This document shows, piece by piece, positions 20,604-29,867 of a DNA stretch of 64,000 nucleotides. Source of the stretch: Nitrospirota bacterium (lineage in GTDB: Bacteria; Nitrospirota; UBA9217). A program made the translations under genes and the position numbers. Numbering within the stretch: position 1 is the first letter of the stretch; the number at the start of each line of letters is the position of its first letter. The notes below the pieces were generated by a model that ran no database searches, had not been told where the DNA came from, and saw only the letters and a program-made list of their open reading frames with translations. The stretch covers positions 10-64,009 of the forward strand of contig DASPQB010000213.1 in assembly GCA_035625205.1 (NCBI GenBank). Reading direction: 5' to 3'.

Positions 20604-21455
20604 TTATTTCAGTCGCACTCTGGCTTTGCGCAGCAGGAGGTCGGGCACATAGGATGATTTGAAAACTCGCAGATTCTCTTTGTCCAAATCCTGCTCAAGG
20701 TTCAGGTATTTATACTTCGGTGAGAGGACCCGTGCAAAATTATTGAACATATACTGGTAAATGCCCTTGAATTTTGTCCGGGCTTTGGCAAAATGTAGCA
20801 CAAACGTCTCGTCGCTCACCTCTTCCCCGAGCACGAAGCCCGCTGGCTCATTGTCCGCATAGTATATGCCCCCGCAAAGGACAAGTTCCTCGTAGCGGTC
20901 AAGCGCCTCAAGACAGGCCGCATAATCAGTGTCAGCGGCTTTCAACTTCGACGTTGATTGCCAGTTCAGAAGAATTGCGCGTGCTTGGGAGAGCCGGTCA
21001 ATCGTGAGCGGCGACGCGTCATGCTGGTAGAGCTTCTGGAACTGCGCAAGAAGATTCCGTTTTTTATGCAGATTCCTTCCCTTGTAAGTACTCATTTTTT
21101 CTACCGTGAATACGTAGTCCGCGTCGCCATCTTTGTAGGTTATTTCGAAAGCATCGGTTTCGAAAATGGAAAGCCATGCTTCAGGGATCGGAAAGAGGAA
21201 ATCCACGGTTTTCATGAGATCCTTGAGCAAGCCGATGTCCGCCGTGCGCACATCGAAGACCGGCATAAGATAGGTGCGCCCGTCGTAGGACGTCCCTTTG
21301 ACAAAAATGTTCCTGTCTATGATAACTTCATAATCATGGTTTCCCCGAAAGAGGTAAAGGTTGGCAAAGGTATATTCGGAGAGGCCGGCCTTAGCCCCCT
21401 TGAGCAAGGGGGCCAGAAGTTCCTTGTGCTCTAGTCCAAGCTTTTCGATCAGCAT
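20604..21455 (-). CDS. DUF2156-family protein (similar to the C-terminal transferase domain of phosphatidylglycerol lysyltransferase)
   Basis: 283 aa ORF with the YVFTVEKM...GRNLHKKRN pattern typical of DUF2156/LPG-synthase C-terminal domains. The family assignment is from motif recall only. Confidence 0.5.
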   Translation of the reverse strand: MLIEKLGLEHKELLAPLLKGAKAGLSEYTFANLYLFRGNHDYEVIIDRNIFVKGTSYDGRTYLMPVFDVRTADIGLLKDLMKTVDFLFPIPEAWLSIFETDAFEITYKDGDADYVFTVEKMSTYKGRNLHKKRNLLAQFQKLYQHDASPLTIDRLSQARAILLNWQSTSKLKAADTDYAACLEALDRYEELVLCGGIYYADNEPAGFVLGEEVSDETFVLHFAKARTKFKGIYQYMFNNFARVLSPKYKYLNLEQDLDKENLRVFKSSYVPDLLLRKARVRLK

Positions 21456-21587
21456 TCTTCAACTATAATCGATAACAAGATTTTGTCAAGGGACGCGACC
21501 GTGAGCGTGGGTTTACAATTGGACTTTGTGGTATACTTGTAAAAACAGGATCTATACCGCAATTCCCATCTCACGAAGGAGGAAGGT

Positions 21588-22376
21588 ATGCTCGTCATAG
21601 CGGATAACTTAAACATACGGAATAGAGATTATATGGGAGCAATCAAGAAAAAAGACCGGAAGGCGATCGAGTCCATGGCCAAGGAGCTTGCGTCAAAAGG
21701 AGCTGATATGATCAATGTCCAAGTCTCAATCGACGGCGCCTTAGATGAGGATATGCTTTCCTTCTCTGTGGAAGCTGTTCAGCATGGGGCGGCTGGCCTT
21801 CCTCTCTGCCTTGATTCGCGAAACGTGAAGGCTCTAGCAAAGGCTGTGCCGCTTTGCGAAGAACCGCCGATCATCAACTACCTTTCTGCAGACGAGGAAA
21901 AACCCGAGGAACTCCTGGCCCTCGTCAGAGAGACGAAGTCCAACCTTATCATTCGCGCGCTCAAGGGAACCGTGCCCTCAACGCTCGAAGCCAAGCTCAT
22001 GATCCTCGAGGATTTGATCGAGAAAGCGAACGGGGCGGATATCCCAAACGAACGGCTCTTCGCCGACCCATCGGTGGTGCACATCAGCAAGGGCCAGGGC
22101 CAGGAGCATCTCTTAAACGCCCATGAAAGCGTCATCGTATTGAATGAAATGATCGATCCACCGCTCAACACAGTGATCTGGCTTTCAAATGTAACCTCGG
22201 GTCTCCCGAAGAATCTGAAATCGACCGTTGCTGCGGCCTATCTCTACTACCTTGCCGGAGCCGGGCTAAGTGCAGCGCTGGTGAACGTGAAGGACGAGGA
22301 AATGCAGAGGGCGGTATACCTGATTAAGGCCTTCCGGGATGATGTGATCTTCTCCCCGGGAGATTTGGCGTCGTAG
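21588..22376 (+). CDS. Pterin-binding (dihydropteroate-synthase-like) protein, similar to methyltetrahydrofolate:corrinoid methyltransferases AcsE/MtrH
   Basis: MLVIADNLN ... LCLDS ... LSNVTSGLP are the hallmarks of the MtrH/AcsE pterin-binding TIM-barrel; AGGAGGAAGG ribosome-binding site. Confidence 0.6.
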   Translation: MLVIADNLNIRNRDYMGAIKKKDRKAIESMAKELASKGADMINVQVSIDGALDEDMLSFSVEAVQHGAAGLPLCLDSRNVKALAKAVPLCEEPPIINYLSADEEKPEELLALVRETKSNLIIRALKGTVPSTLEAKLMILEDLIEKANGADIPNERLFADPSVVHISKGQGQEHLLNAHESVIVLNEMIDPPLNTVIWLSNVTSGLPKNLKSTVAAAYLYYLAGAGLSAALVNVKDEEMQRAVYLIKAFRDDVIFSPGDLAS

Positions 22377-22554
22377 TTGCGAGGCATTACACGACGGAGG
22401 CTCTGAGACACGGATGTCTTAGGAAAAAGGCGCACGCCGAGCTGAGAAGTAAGCATGAATTGTATTCTTCGGACGATATCTCGTCTCCGAGTCCCCCCTC
22501 TTTTTTTCTCCATACCACCCGGCGTGACTTGCGGTGTACCTAATCTCTTTTCCC

Positions 22555-23565
22555 TCACTGCTTCAAGTAATCCTTCTGCACTTCCGGAATAAGCTGCTGA
22601 TAATCCTCATAGGGGACCTTCGAATGCCATTTGTCTGCCACGATGCCGATTCCTATCACTAGATAAAGCAATGATACTAAGATGATCGGGAATAGGTATG
22701 CTTTTACAACACCAACCTTGTTACCAACGCTGACCGAAAGATCGAGCGCGCCGGGAGCGGGACAGCGGCTCACACAGGTCAGACAGCCAAAACATTCCTC
22801 GGATTTCACGATCGTCCTGCTCTCCACGTCGATCAGCGTCGGACAATTCGTCGTGCAGGCATGACAATGGGTGCACTGCTCCTCGTTTCTGCGTACCTTG
22901 AATGGACTCAGCCAGGAGAGAAGCCCGAGGAGCGCACCGTAGGGGCAGAGGTAGCGACACCAGAAGTTCTTATACAGGAGGGACAGCATGGCAAGCGCAA
23001 TGAGGACCCACAGCGTGACCGTCGTCATTTCCGTGAAGAACTTCATCATTCGTACGTCCACGACCTTGTAGTAGTCGGCAATGAAGAAGAGTGCCATCAT
23101 GTTCGGCGGCATTGCAATACCGATCAGGAAGAGGAAGAGGCCGAGGAGTACATACTTGATTGACCGAAGTGACTTGTCCGTGAAGGGACCAATACGGAAG
23201 TTTCTGCCAAACACCTTCTCCCCTGCCATCCAGAATAACTGCGACAGCGTGCCGATGGGGCAGATCCAGCCGCAAAAGCCTTTTTTCATGATCAGCGACA
23301 CCGCGAGGATGGCCACAAATAGAATGAAACCGGCGGGATGTACGGGCTCGACGATCCCGGTCATGATGAAGTACTTGAACGCCATGAGCCCGCCGATGGG
23401 CAGGAATGCGTCGACTGATGGAGGTCTCTGCACAAAGGGGTGGCCGGGTGCCTCGAAGTGCTGAACGAACTGATAGAACTGGTGTCCAATGGCGAGCGTG
23501 AGGAGAAAAAAACCGAGCTGCACAGAATATCGGAGCGGCCGCAGGTATGTTCGTGGTATCTTCAT
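22555..23565 (-). CDS. Membrane-bound 4Fe-4S polyferredoxin (NapH/MauN/NosR-like)
   Basis: Multiple transmembrane segments, CGWICP/CRYLCPYG cysteine motifs, and two classical CxxCxxCxxxCP ferredoxin motifs. Confidence 0.75.
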   Translation of the reverse strand: MKIPRTYLRPLRYSVQLGFFLLTLAIGHQFYQFVQHFEAPGHPFVQRPPSVDAFLPIGGLMAFKYFIMTGIVEPVHPAGFILFVAILAVSLIMKKGFCGWICPIGTLSQLFWMAGEKVFGRNFRIGPFTDKSLRSIKYVLLGLFLFLIGIAMPPNMMALFFIADYYKVVDVRMMKFFTEMTTVTLWVLIALAMLSLLYKNFWCRYLCPYGALLGLLSWLSPFKVRRNEEQCTHCHACTTNCPTLIDVESRTIVKSEECFGCLTCVSRCPAPGALDLSVSVGNKVGVVKAYLFPIILVSLLYLVIGIGIVADKWHSKVPYEDYQQLIPEVQKDYLKQ

Positions 23566-23866
23566 GGTCTTTATACTACATCGCGCAGAGGCAAAACGCT
23601 ATGATGTTTATCATAGGGAACTTTAAAGCAGCGGCTTTACGTGTAATCAATTGGCTGGTGCCCTGAAAGCAGTAGCACGTGAAGCGTAGCACCCGTTTTT
23701 TCCCGTCGGCATCTAACGGATTCATCTGTAATCACCGAATCTCAAATTTTCTTATTTCTGGTGATATTTTCTTATCAACGTTGCTTAAGAACATCGTTCG
23801 CCATAAGTCTTTCGCCCGAAGAAATGAGCTTTACAATCTCAGGAAGAGTGTGCTATTTTTAAAGCC

Positions 23867-25246
23867 ATGGTCCATGATCTTCATGATTTTTTTTATCCCA
23901 AGACCGTCGCCCTTATCGGTGCTACAAACAACCCCATGAAGCCGGGCACGGGTATCCTCGAGAACCTGTCCCATTTCAACGGCGCCGTATTCCCGGTGAA
24001 TCCCAAACACGAAATGCTGCTTGGCCACCGTTGCTATCCGTCGATCTCCGCGGTCCCCGAAACGATCGACATGGCTATCATCGCTCTGCCTGCACAGCTC
24101 ATCGAACAGGAAATCGAAGCAGTCCACAAAAAAGGCATACGCAGGATCATTTTAGTCAGCTCCGGATTTGCCGAAGCGGGTGAAGACGGAAGCCGGATGC
24201 AGCAGCGGATCGCGATGACGACGAAGGCGTACGGCATCCGGGTGATCGGTCCGAATGCCCTCGGTGTTTACAACACAGACAACGGACTTGACAGCTTTTT
24301 TGTGTCCCGCGAACGCGTGTCACGGCCCTCGCAGGGCAGACTGTCGATCATCTCGCAGAGCGGCGCCATCGCCGTCATCCTTATGGAAGCGCTGGCCCGC
24401 GACGGTATGGGCATAGCCAAGGCAGTGAACTACGGCAACCGGCTGGATGTGGACGATGCCGATGCCCTCGAATATTTTGCAGACGATGCACAAACAGGGT
24501 CCGTTGTCATGTACATGGAGTCCGTGGCTGATGGCAGGAAGTTCCTCACTGCAGCAAAAGCATTCGCTGCAAAAAAACCCCTCGTCATCTGGAAGGCCGG
24601 CAAGTATGAATTAGGAGCAGCAGCCGTGGCGTCGCATACGGCAACACTCGCCGGCAGATACGGACTGTACGAGGCTGCTTTTCGCCAAGCCGGTGCTGTG
24701 GAGGCCAACGATTTCGATCATATGATCGACGCGGCAAAAGCCGTTGCTCTCATGGACTATCCCTGTGTGGGAAACCGTCTCCTGGTCGTAACGAATGGCG
24801 GAGGCATGGCTGTCGCAGCATCTGACCAGGCACAGCGAGAAGGATTCACCATGCCTCACGTTCCACAAGAGGTCAGGGCAAAACTCGACGGGGTCTTCCC
24901 GCATTTTTTTGTGAAAAACAATCCCATTGATCTGACGGGTAGTGGCAGGAACGACGACTACTATACGGCGCTCAAGGAAGCATTGCCTCATTTCGACGCT
25001 GCTGTCGTAATTGTGCTCATGGGGGCAACGACGGTCACGGAAGAAGCCACACACATGGTTGCCCGCGCGTGCCATGAGATAAAGAAGCCTGTTACGTGCT
25101 GCCTCCTACAGGGGCTAGGCTACACGCAGGATGCCATGCATGAACTGCTGAAGCTCGGTGTTCCTGTGTATCCGTCGCCGGAGCGCGCCGTGCGGGCACT
25201 GGCTACGCTCAGACATGCAACCCAAAAAAGAGAAGGCTGCAAGTGA
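23867..25246 (+). CDS. Acetyl-CoA synthetase (ADP-forming)/NDP-forming acyl-CoA synthetase alpha subunit (CoA-binding and CoA-ligase domains)
   Basis: KTVALIGATNNP CoA-binding N-terminus, succinyl-CoA-synthetase-like fold, phosphohistidine region (ASHTATLAG). Confidence 0.8.
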   Translation: MVHDLHDFFYPKTVALIGATNNPMKPGTGILENLSHFNGAVFPVNPKHEMLLGHRCYPSISAVPETIDMAIIALPAQLIEQEIEAVHKKGIRRIILVSSGFAEAGEDGSRMQQRIAMTTKAYGIRVIGPNALGVYNTDNGLDSFFVSRERVSRPSQGRLSIISQSGAIAVILMEALARDGMGIAKAVNYGNRLDVDDADALEYFADDAQTGSVVMYMESVADGRKFLTAAKAFAAKKPLVIWKAGKYELGAAAVASHTATLAGRYGLYEAAFRQAGAVEANDFDHMIDAAKAVALMDYPCVGNRLLVVTNGGGMAVAASDQAQREGFTMPHVPQEVRAKLDGVFPHFFVKNNPIDLTGSGRNDDYYTALKEALPHFDAAVVIVLMGATTVTEEATHMVARACHEIKKPVTCCLLQGLGYTQDAMHELLKLGVPVYPSPERAVRALATLRHATQKREGCK

Positions 25247-25266
25247 TTTACTGTTAAGCATAAACC

Positions 25267-25968
25267 ATGACGATGCCCCAGGACATTATTCAGGAAGCAT
25301 TGAAAGAAGGCCGCAAGACGCTCTTCGAACATGAGGCCAAGGACCTTGTGCGCTCCGTCGGTATAATCGTGCCGCGGTATGTGCTCGTCGATCCTATTGA
25401 CTCAAAGGCCGTCGTTGAGGCGGGCGAGAAACTCGGCTTTCCTGTGGTGCTCAAGGCCGTATCCCCTCACATCACGCATAAAACCGATGCAGGCGCCGTG
25501 ATGCTGAACATCACGACCAACGCCGGGCTTGCTGCATCGATACGGACTATGAAAAATATGATTGCTACGCGGGCACCTGGCGCAGTGATCCGGTCGTTTT
25601 TGATCGAGAAGATGATGCCACAGGGACTCGAGCTTCTAATCGGTGGCATGCGCGATGAACAGTTCGGTCCTGCCATAGCTTTCGGGCTCGGGGGGGTATG
25701 GGTCGAAGCGCTCAAAGACGCCGTCTTCGGCATCCTGCCGCTCACTCATGAAGAAATGAACGACATGATATCACAGACGCGGGCAGGTATGTTCCTGAAG
25801 GGTTTCCGCGGCAGCCCTCCGCTCGATGAAGAAGCCGCACATCTGATCATCGCGAACCTATCGAGGCTCCTGATCGATCATCCGAGGATCAAGGAAGTCG
25901 ATCTTAATCCCGTGCGCATTTACGCACGAGGTGCGGCTACCCTGGATGTCAGGATCGTTCTTCAATAG
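25267..25968 (+). CDS. Acetyl-CoA synthetase (ADP-forming) beta subunit (ATP-grasp domain)
   Basis: ATP-grasp signature (FPVVLKAVSPHITHKTDAGAVML ... KEVDLNP), immediately downstream of the alpha subunit. Confidence 0.8.
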   Translation: MTMPQDIIQEALKEGRKTLFEHEAKDLVRSVGIIVPRYVLVDPIDSKAVVEAGEKLGFPVVLKAVSPHITHKTDAGAVMLNITTNAGLAASIRTMKNMIATRAPGAVIRSFLIEKMMPQGLELLIGGMRDEQFGPAIAFGLGGVWVEALKDAVFGILPLTHEEMNDMISQTRAGMFLKGFRGSPPLDEEAAHLIIANLSRLLIDHPRIKEVDLNPVRIYARGAATLDVRIVLQ

Positions 25969-26075
25969 GCCCCTCCCCAGTGCTGTGAGATATATCGCAA
26001 TTGTCCGAACGAGCCGCAACCGGCAAGGTTTTCTCTTGAGAATCTGCTGTCTGAGTTATTGGCTTATTTTTTACT

Positions 26076-26960
26076 ATGAGTGATGACAAAATTATCGAAG
26101 AACTTGCCTATCTTCGGGCCGAAGTCAAACGCCTTCGAACGGCATTGGACCGGCAGACAACTAACCTCGACACCCTGCTGAAGCAGCGAGGCTTCATGAT
26201 CTATAAGAAAGAGCCGGTCGGAGATTTGCTTATCCCCGCAAAGAAGTATCTGAGCCGCTATTATCGAATGCTCCACAAATATTCCTTTCGTCTCTTCCTC
26301 CGTGATGTAATCAAACACCAGGACCGGTTTGGGCTCGAAGACGTGACCCGGTATGCCACTTCGTCCGTGACAAAAGAATACATCGATACTCTCGCTACCA
26401 TGAAGCTCATCAACAAGAGAACAAAGGGGTACACGCTTGCGAAGAGACCGATCACAAGCTTCGGGCCGACCCTGGAGTGGTATATCGCTGAAGTTTTCAA
26501 ACGTGAGTTCGGTTCGGAAGCAGTCTGGGGTGTTAAGTTTAAACGGCCCAACGTTGGTGGGGATTACGATGTGATAGCAAAATTCGACGGTTCCCTTATC
26601 TCAATAGAGGTTAAATCATCCCCGCCAAAACAGATTTATGAAAGCGAAATCACCGCTTTTCTCGACCGGGCGGAGGACCTGGCACCAGCGGTAACAGTTT
26701 TTTTCATTGATACGGAGCTTAGAATGAAAGACAAACTGGTGCCCATGTTCGAGAAAGAGCTCCGCCAACGATATGACAGACCGCCGAAGGTAATGCGCAT
26801 GGAGCGCGAGCTGTTCCAGTTCAGCGACCGCATTTTTATCGTGAACGCTAAGGAGAGCATCATCCAGAATATGGAAAAGGTAATGAGTTGGCATTTTCAA
26901 AGATCAGCCGTGCTGCAGTGTTCTGCCATGAGGAGCGTAAAATACCATAAACAAACATAA
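26076..26960 (+). CDS. Hypothetical protein with an N-terminal coiled coil, a putative winged-helix region and a PD-(D/E)xK (Mrr-catalytic-like) nuclease motif
   Basis: GGDYDVIAKFDGSLISIEVKSS contains a D-x13-E-x-K restriction-endonuclease-fold motif. The upstream segment (KEYIDTLATMKLINKRTKGYTLAKR) looks like a winged HTH. Confidence 0.5.
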   Translation: MSDDKIIEELAYLRAEVKRLRTALDRQTTNLDTLLKQRGFMIYKKEPVGDLLIPAKKYLSRYYRMLHKYSFRLFLRDVIKHQDRFGLEDVTRYATSSVTKEYIDTLATMKLINKRTKGYTLAKRPITSFGPTLEWYIAEVFKREFGSEAVWGVKFKRPNVGGDYDVIAKFDGSLISIEVKSSPPKQIYESEITAFLDRAEDLAPAVTVFFIDTELRMKDKLVPMFEKELRQRYDRPPKVMRMERELFQFSDRIFIVNAKESIIQNMEKVMSWHFQRSAVLQCSAMRSVKYHKQT

Positions 26961-27605
26961 ATGCGTGCTATCAGTTGCTGTTAGAAATTTTCGGTTGCAA
27001 CAGCCCTGGCACAGGCCAAGGCGACGCTCGCTGGCAATCCATGGTCTCAACATGCTCTGTTTCCTATGCTCGGTTACCTGCGCTTTCTCTTTCTAGACTG
27101 TGCAATAAATTATCAAGCAGTGGTAAGACAGTCGGGAAAGAACGCGTCGGGCAAGCATCGGCTTCCGCGAAGACATTGAGAGCGGTTGGAGCAACATGCC
27201 GGTCTTTTTTTCTCTCCTTTGCGGAACGGTCTTTGTCGAGTCAGGCGATGCAGGGGACGGCGAGTTCCACGATTCGGACCTAAAACGCTTGATAGGGGCC
27301 GAGGTAAAGCTCAACAACCGATCTGGTATATTCGCCGCTTCCCGTCACCTTCCGGCTTGTTTTTACACGAGGTCTGGACCATAAAGGCGAATCCCGGATT
27401 TATCTGGCTCTCTGGATGCCGGCTCAGTTCTAACAGGTGCATCGGCAGTGGAATCATGATGGGAAGCGAAAATTATTTTCGCCACAGATGACAGCTAGGG
27501 AGCGCGGCCCTGAATTAACTCCCTCATTGCATTTCCCGCTGGTCTCGCTGTTTGATTCTTTTTCCTTGGTCACCGGCTTGGCCGGTATGCGTTGTGGAGG
27601 CGGCC

Positions 27606-28496
27606 ATGATACTCGTTACAGGTGGAACGGGATTTGTCGGCAGCAATCTGGTTCGGCGCTTGCGCAATGATGACATTGCTGTGCGCGTTCTGGTGAGAAG
27701 TCCTGGCAAGGGCCAGGCGCTCAAAGACATCGCCGTCGATATTGTCGAGGGCGACGTATCCAATAAGGCCTCGCTCGAAAAGGCGGCGCATGGCTGCGAC
27801 CGCGTCGTCCATCTCGTCGGCATCATCCAGGAGACGCTGAGCGCGACATTCCAGATCGTACATGTGGACGGCACTCGGAACGTCCTTGAAGCGGCAAAGA
27901 AAGCCGGTGTGCGTCATATCTTCTACCAGAGCGCGCTTGGCACACGACCGGGTGCGGTAAGCAGGTATCATAAGACAAAGTGGGAGGCTGAGGAACTCGT
28001 ACGAGCGAGCAACGTACCGTATACTATCCTCAGACCGTCGCTCATCTACGGACCCGGAGATCAGTTTACAATGAGGCTCGTGGAGATGATCAAGCGCGTC
28101 CCGGTACTGCCGGTCATCGGTTCCGGCCGCTCCCGGGTCCAGCCAATCTACATCGACGATGCGGTCTCTTGTATCGTGAAGGCTATAACCGGCTATTCTT
28201 TTTTGAATGAGATGTTCGAAGTCGGTGGGCCGGACCAGTTGACCTATGACGAATTGGTCGGTGCGGTCGCCGATGCTCTCGGCGTATATCGGCCGACCGT
28301 TCACCTGCCAGTATTTCTGGCAAAGAGCGCAGCGCGGCTTCTCGAGACCATGTTGACCGCGCCGCCGATGACCTCTGACCAGCTCATCATGCTTCAGGAA
28401 GACAACGTTTGCAGCATGCGTGACATCCGCGACGCGTTCGGCATCGAACCGATAAAGTTCCGCGAAGGACTCAAAAAGTTTATTGCACCCAAATGA
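27606..28496 (+). CDS. NAD(P)H-binding SDR-family protein (NDUFA9/NmrA-like epimerase or reductase)
   Basis: MILVTGGTGFVGSNLV Rossmann motif, then YxxxK. The start is set at the ATG at 27606; the ORF-track start at 27552 is an extension. Confidence 0.8.
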   Translation: MILVTGGTGFVGSNLVRRLRNDDIAVRVLVRSPGKGQALKDIAVDIVEGDVSNKASLEKAAHGCDRVVHLVGIIQETLSATFQIVHVDGTRNVLEAAKKAGVRHIFYQSALGTRPGAVSRYHKTKWEAEELVRASNVPYTILRPSLIYGPGDQFTMRLVEMIKRVPVLPVIGSGRSRVQPIYIDDAVSCIVKAITGYSFLNEMFEVGGPDQLTYDELVGAVADALGVYRPTVHLPVFLAKSAARLLETMLTAPPMTSDQLIMLQEDNVCSMRDIRDAFGIEPIKFREGLKKFIAPK

Positions 28497-28642
28497 ACTC
28501 AGCCTATCGGTGATCAATCGTTACGAATACGGAGTCACTTAAAAAAACTATCCTATAATGGTGCAATGCATCCACAAAACTAAATCCTTTGCTTTGTGTC
28601 AAAAATGATTTACAATAAGATTTACGGTGCTGATCAGGAAGG

Positions 28643-29584
28643 ATGGACAGGAATAACATGCGCGTGAAAGTTTTGGTGTCGTGTATCTTAGCCGTGGTTG
28701 TTATTGCTGCGGCATTAATCGGCATTTCCAGCTGCGGCAGAAAGGGAAAACTGATAGCGATTAACGTGTTGCCACAGGACGCCAGCATAATCCCCGGATC
28801 CGCGCAACAATTTCAGGCCGAGGGAGTTTTATCAGACGGTGGTACGTATATCCTTTATGAAGCAAACTGGAGTCTATCGAGTACGTCGGTTGCAACGATC
28901 GGTTCAACAGGCATTCTGGTTGCATCCACAACCACGGGAACAACTATGATCACGGCTGCCGACCCATACTCAAGTTTTAGCGGCACCACCATGCTAACGA
29001 TTGATTTGCCCGCATCTATTAAAGTAACTCCAACCAACCCGAGTATAACTCCGGGGCTAACCCATCAGTTCACGGCTACAGGGAATATCAGGAATGCTGC
29101 AACTCAGAACCTGACAGAATTTGTGACATGGACGTCGTTAAATCCTGCCGTTGCAACTGTCGTGAGCACCCCCGGCATAGACATCATTGGCAGCGGTGTT
29201 GTAACTTCTATTGCTACGGGTACGGCGATCATTCAGGCTACTGACCCAATTTCGGGGATCGTCGGCACCACAACGCTCATTGTTACAGCACTACCGCTCG
29301 CAGGTACGATATTAAATCCAGCTAATCCGGTGATTGCAGCAGATGGGGCGGCACTGCAGTTTACCTTAGAGGGAATATACTCTGATGGCACAACACGTGA
29401 CTGGACAGCGTCGGCAATCTGGAGTTCATCAGTTACCGCTGTTGCGACGATTGACATCAATGGGTTGGCTACACCGGTAGCCGCCGGCACAACGGTGATT
29501 GCTGCTAGGGATCCGATAACGGGCATCGTCGCAAGCACCACGTTAACGGTTACCTTGGATAACGGAACGGTTATAACTCCCTAG
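28643..29584 (+). CDS. Secreted lipoprotein with three bacterial Ig-like (Big_2) repeats
   Basis: Signal peptide with lipobox (GISSC), then three repeats ending ...TTMLTIDL / TTLIVTAL / TTLTVTLD. Confidence 0.75.
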   Translation: MDRNNMRVKVLVSCILAVVVIAAALIGISSCGRKGKLIAINVLPQDASIIPGSAQQFQAEGVLSDGGTYILYEANWSLSSTSVATIGSTGILVASTTTGTTMITAADPYSSFSGTTMLTIDLPASIKVTPTNPSITPGLTHQFTATGNIRNAATQNLTEFVTWTSLNPAVATVVSTPGIDIIGSGVVTSIATGTAIIQATDPISGIVGTTTLIVTALPLAGTILNPANPVIAADGAALQFTLEGIYSDGTTRDWTASAIWSSSVTAVATIDINGLATPVAAGTTVIAARDPITGIVASTTLTVTLDNGTVITP

Positions 29585-29867
29585 AAAAGATCATGTTCAT
29601 AATGCTAGATGAAGCGGACGGTCGTCCTGCTTACCTTTTATTACATTATCGTAGAGCGAGGGCAGGTGAAAAAAATGCTCTGATGGTTGGCATTGGTAAA
29701 TCAAGAAAAGGCGGGTTTTCTTATTGGGCACAGAGGACGCATATCTCAGTCAAACCTGTTGCCGACACTAGGTCACACCTTATTCCAGAAATGACCCTTG
29801 AGAGCAAGTTCTTCTCCCCCTGCTCTCGGCGGTTAAACGCACTTCCTGGCAAATGCAGCTTGCCAGT

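Noticed and set aside
27570-28517. 315 aa ORF on the minus strand
   Set aside because: It is fully antisense to the well-supported SDR/NDUFA9-like gene. The composition is Arg/Asp/His-rich and non-protein-like, typical of a spurious antisense ORF in GC-rich DNA.
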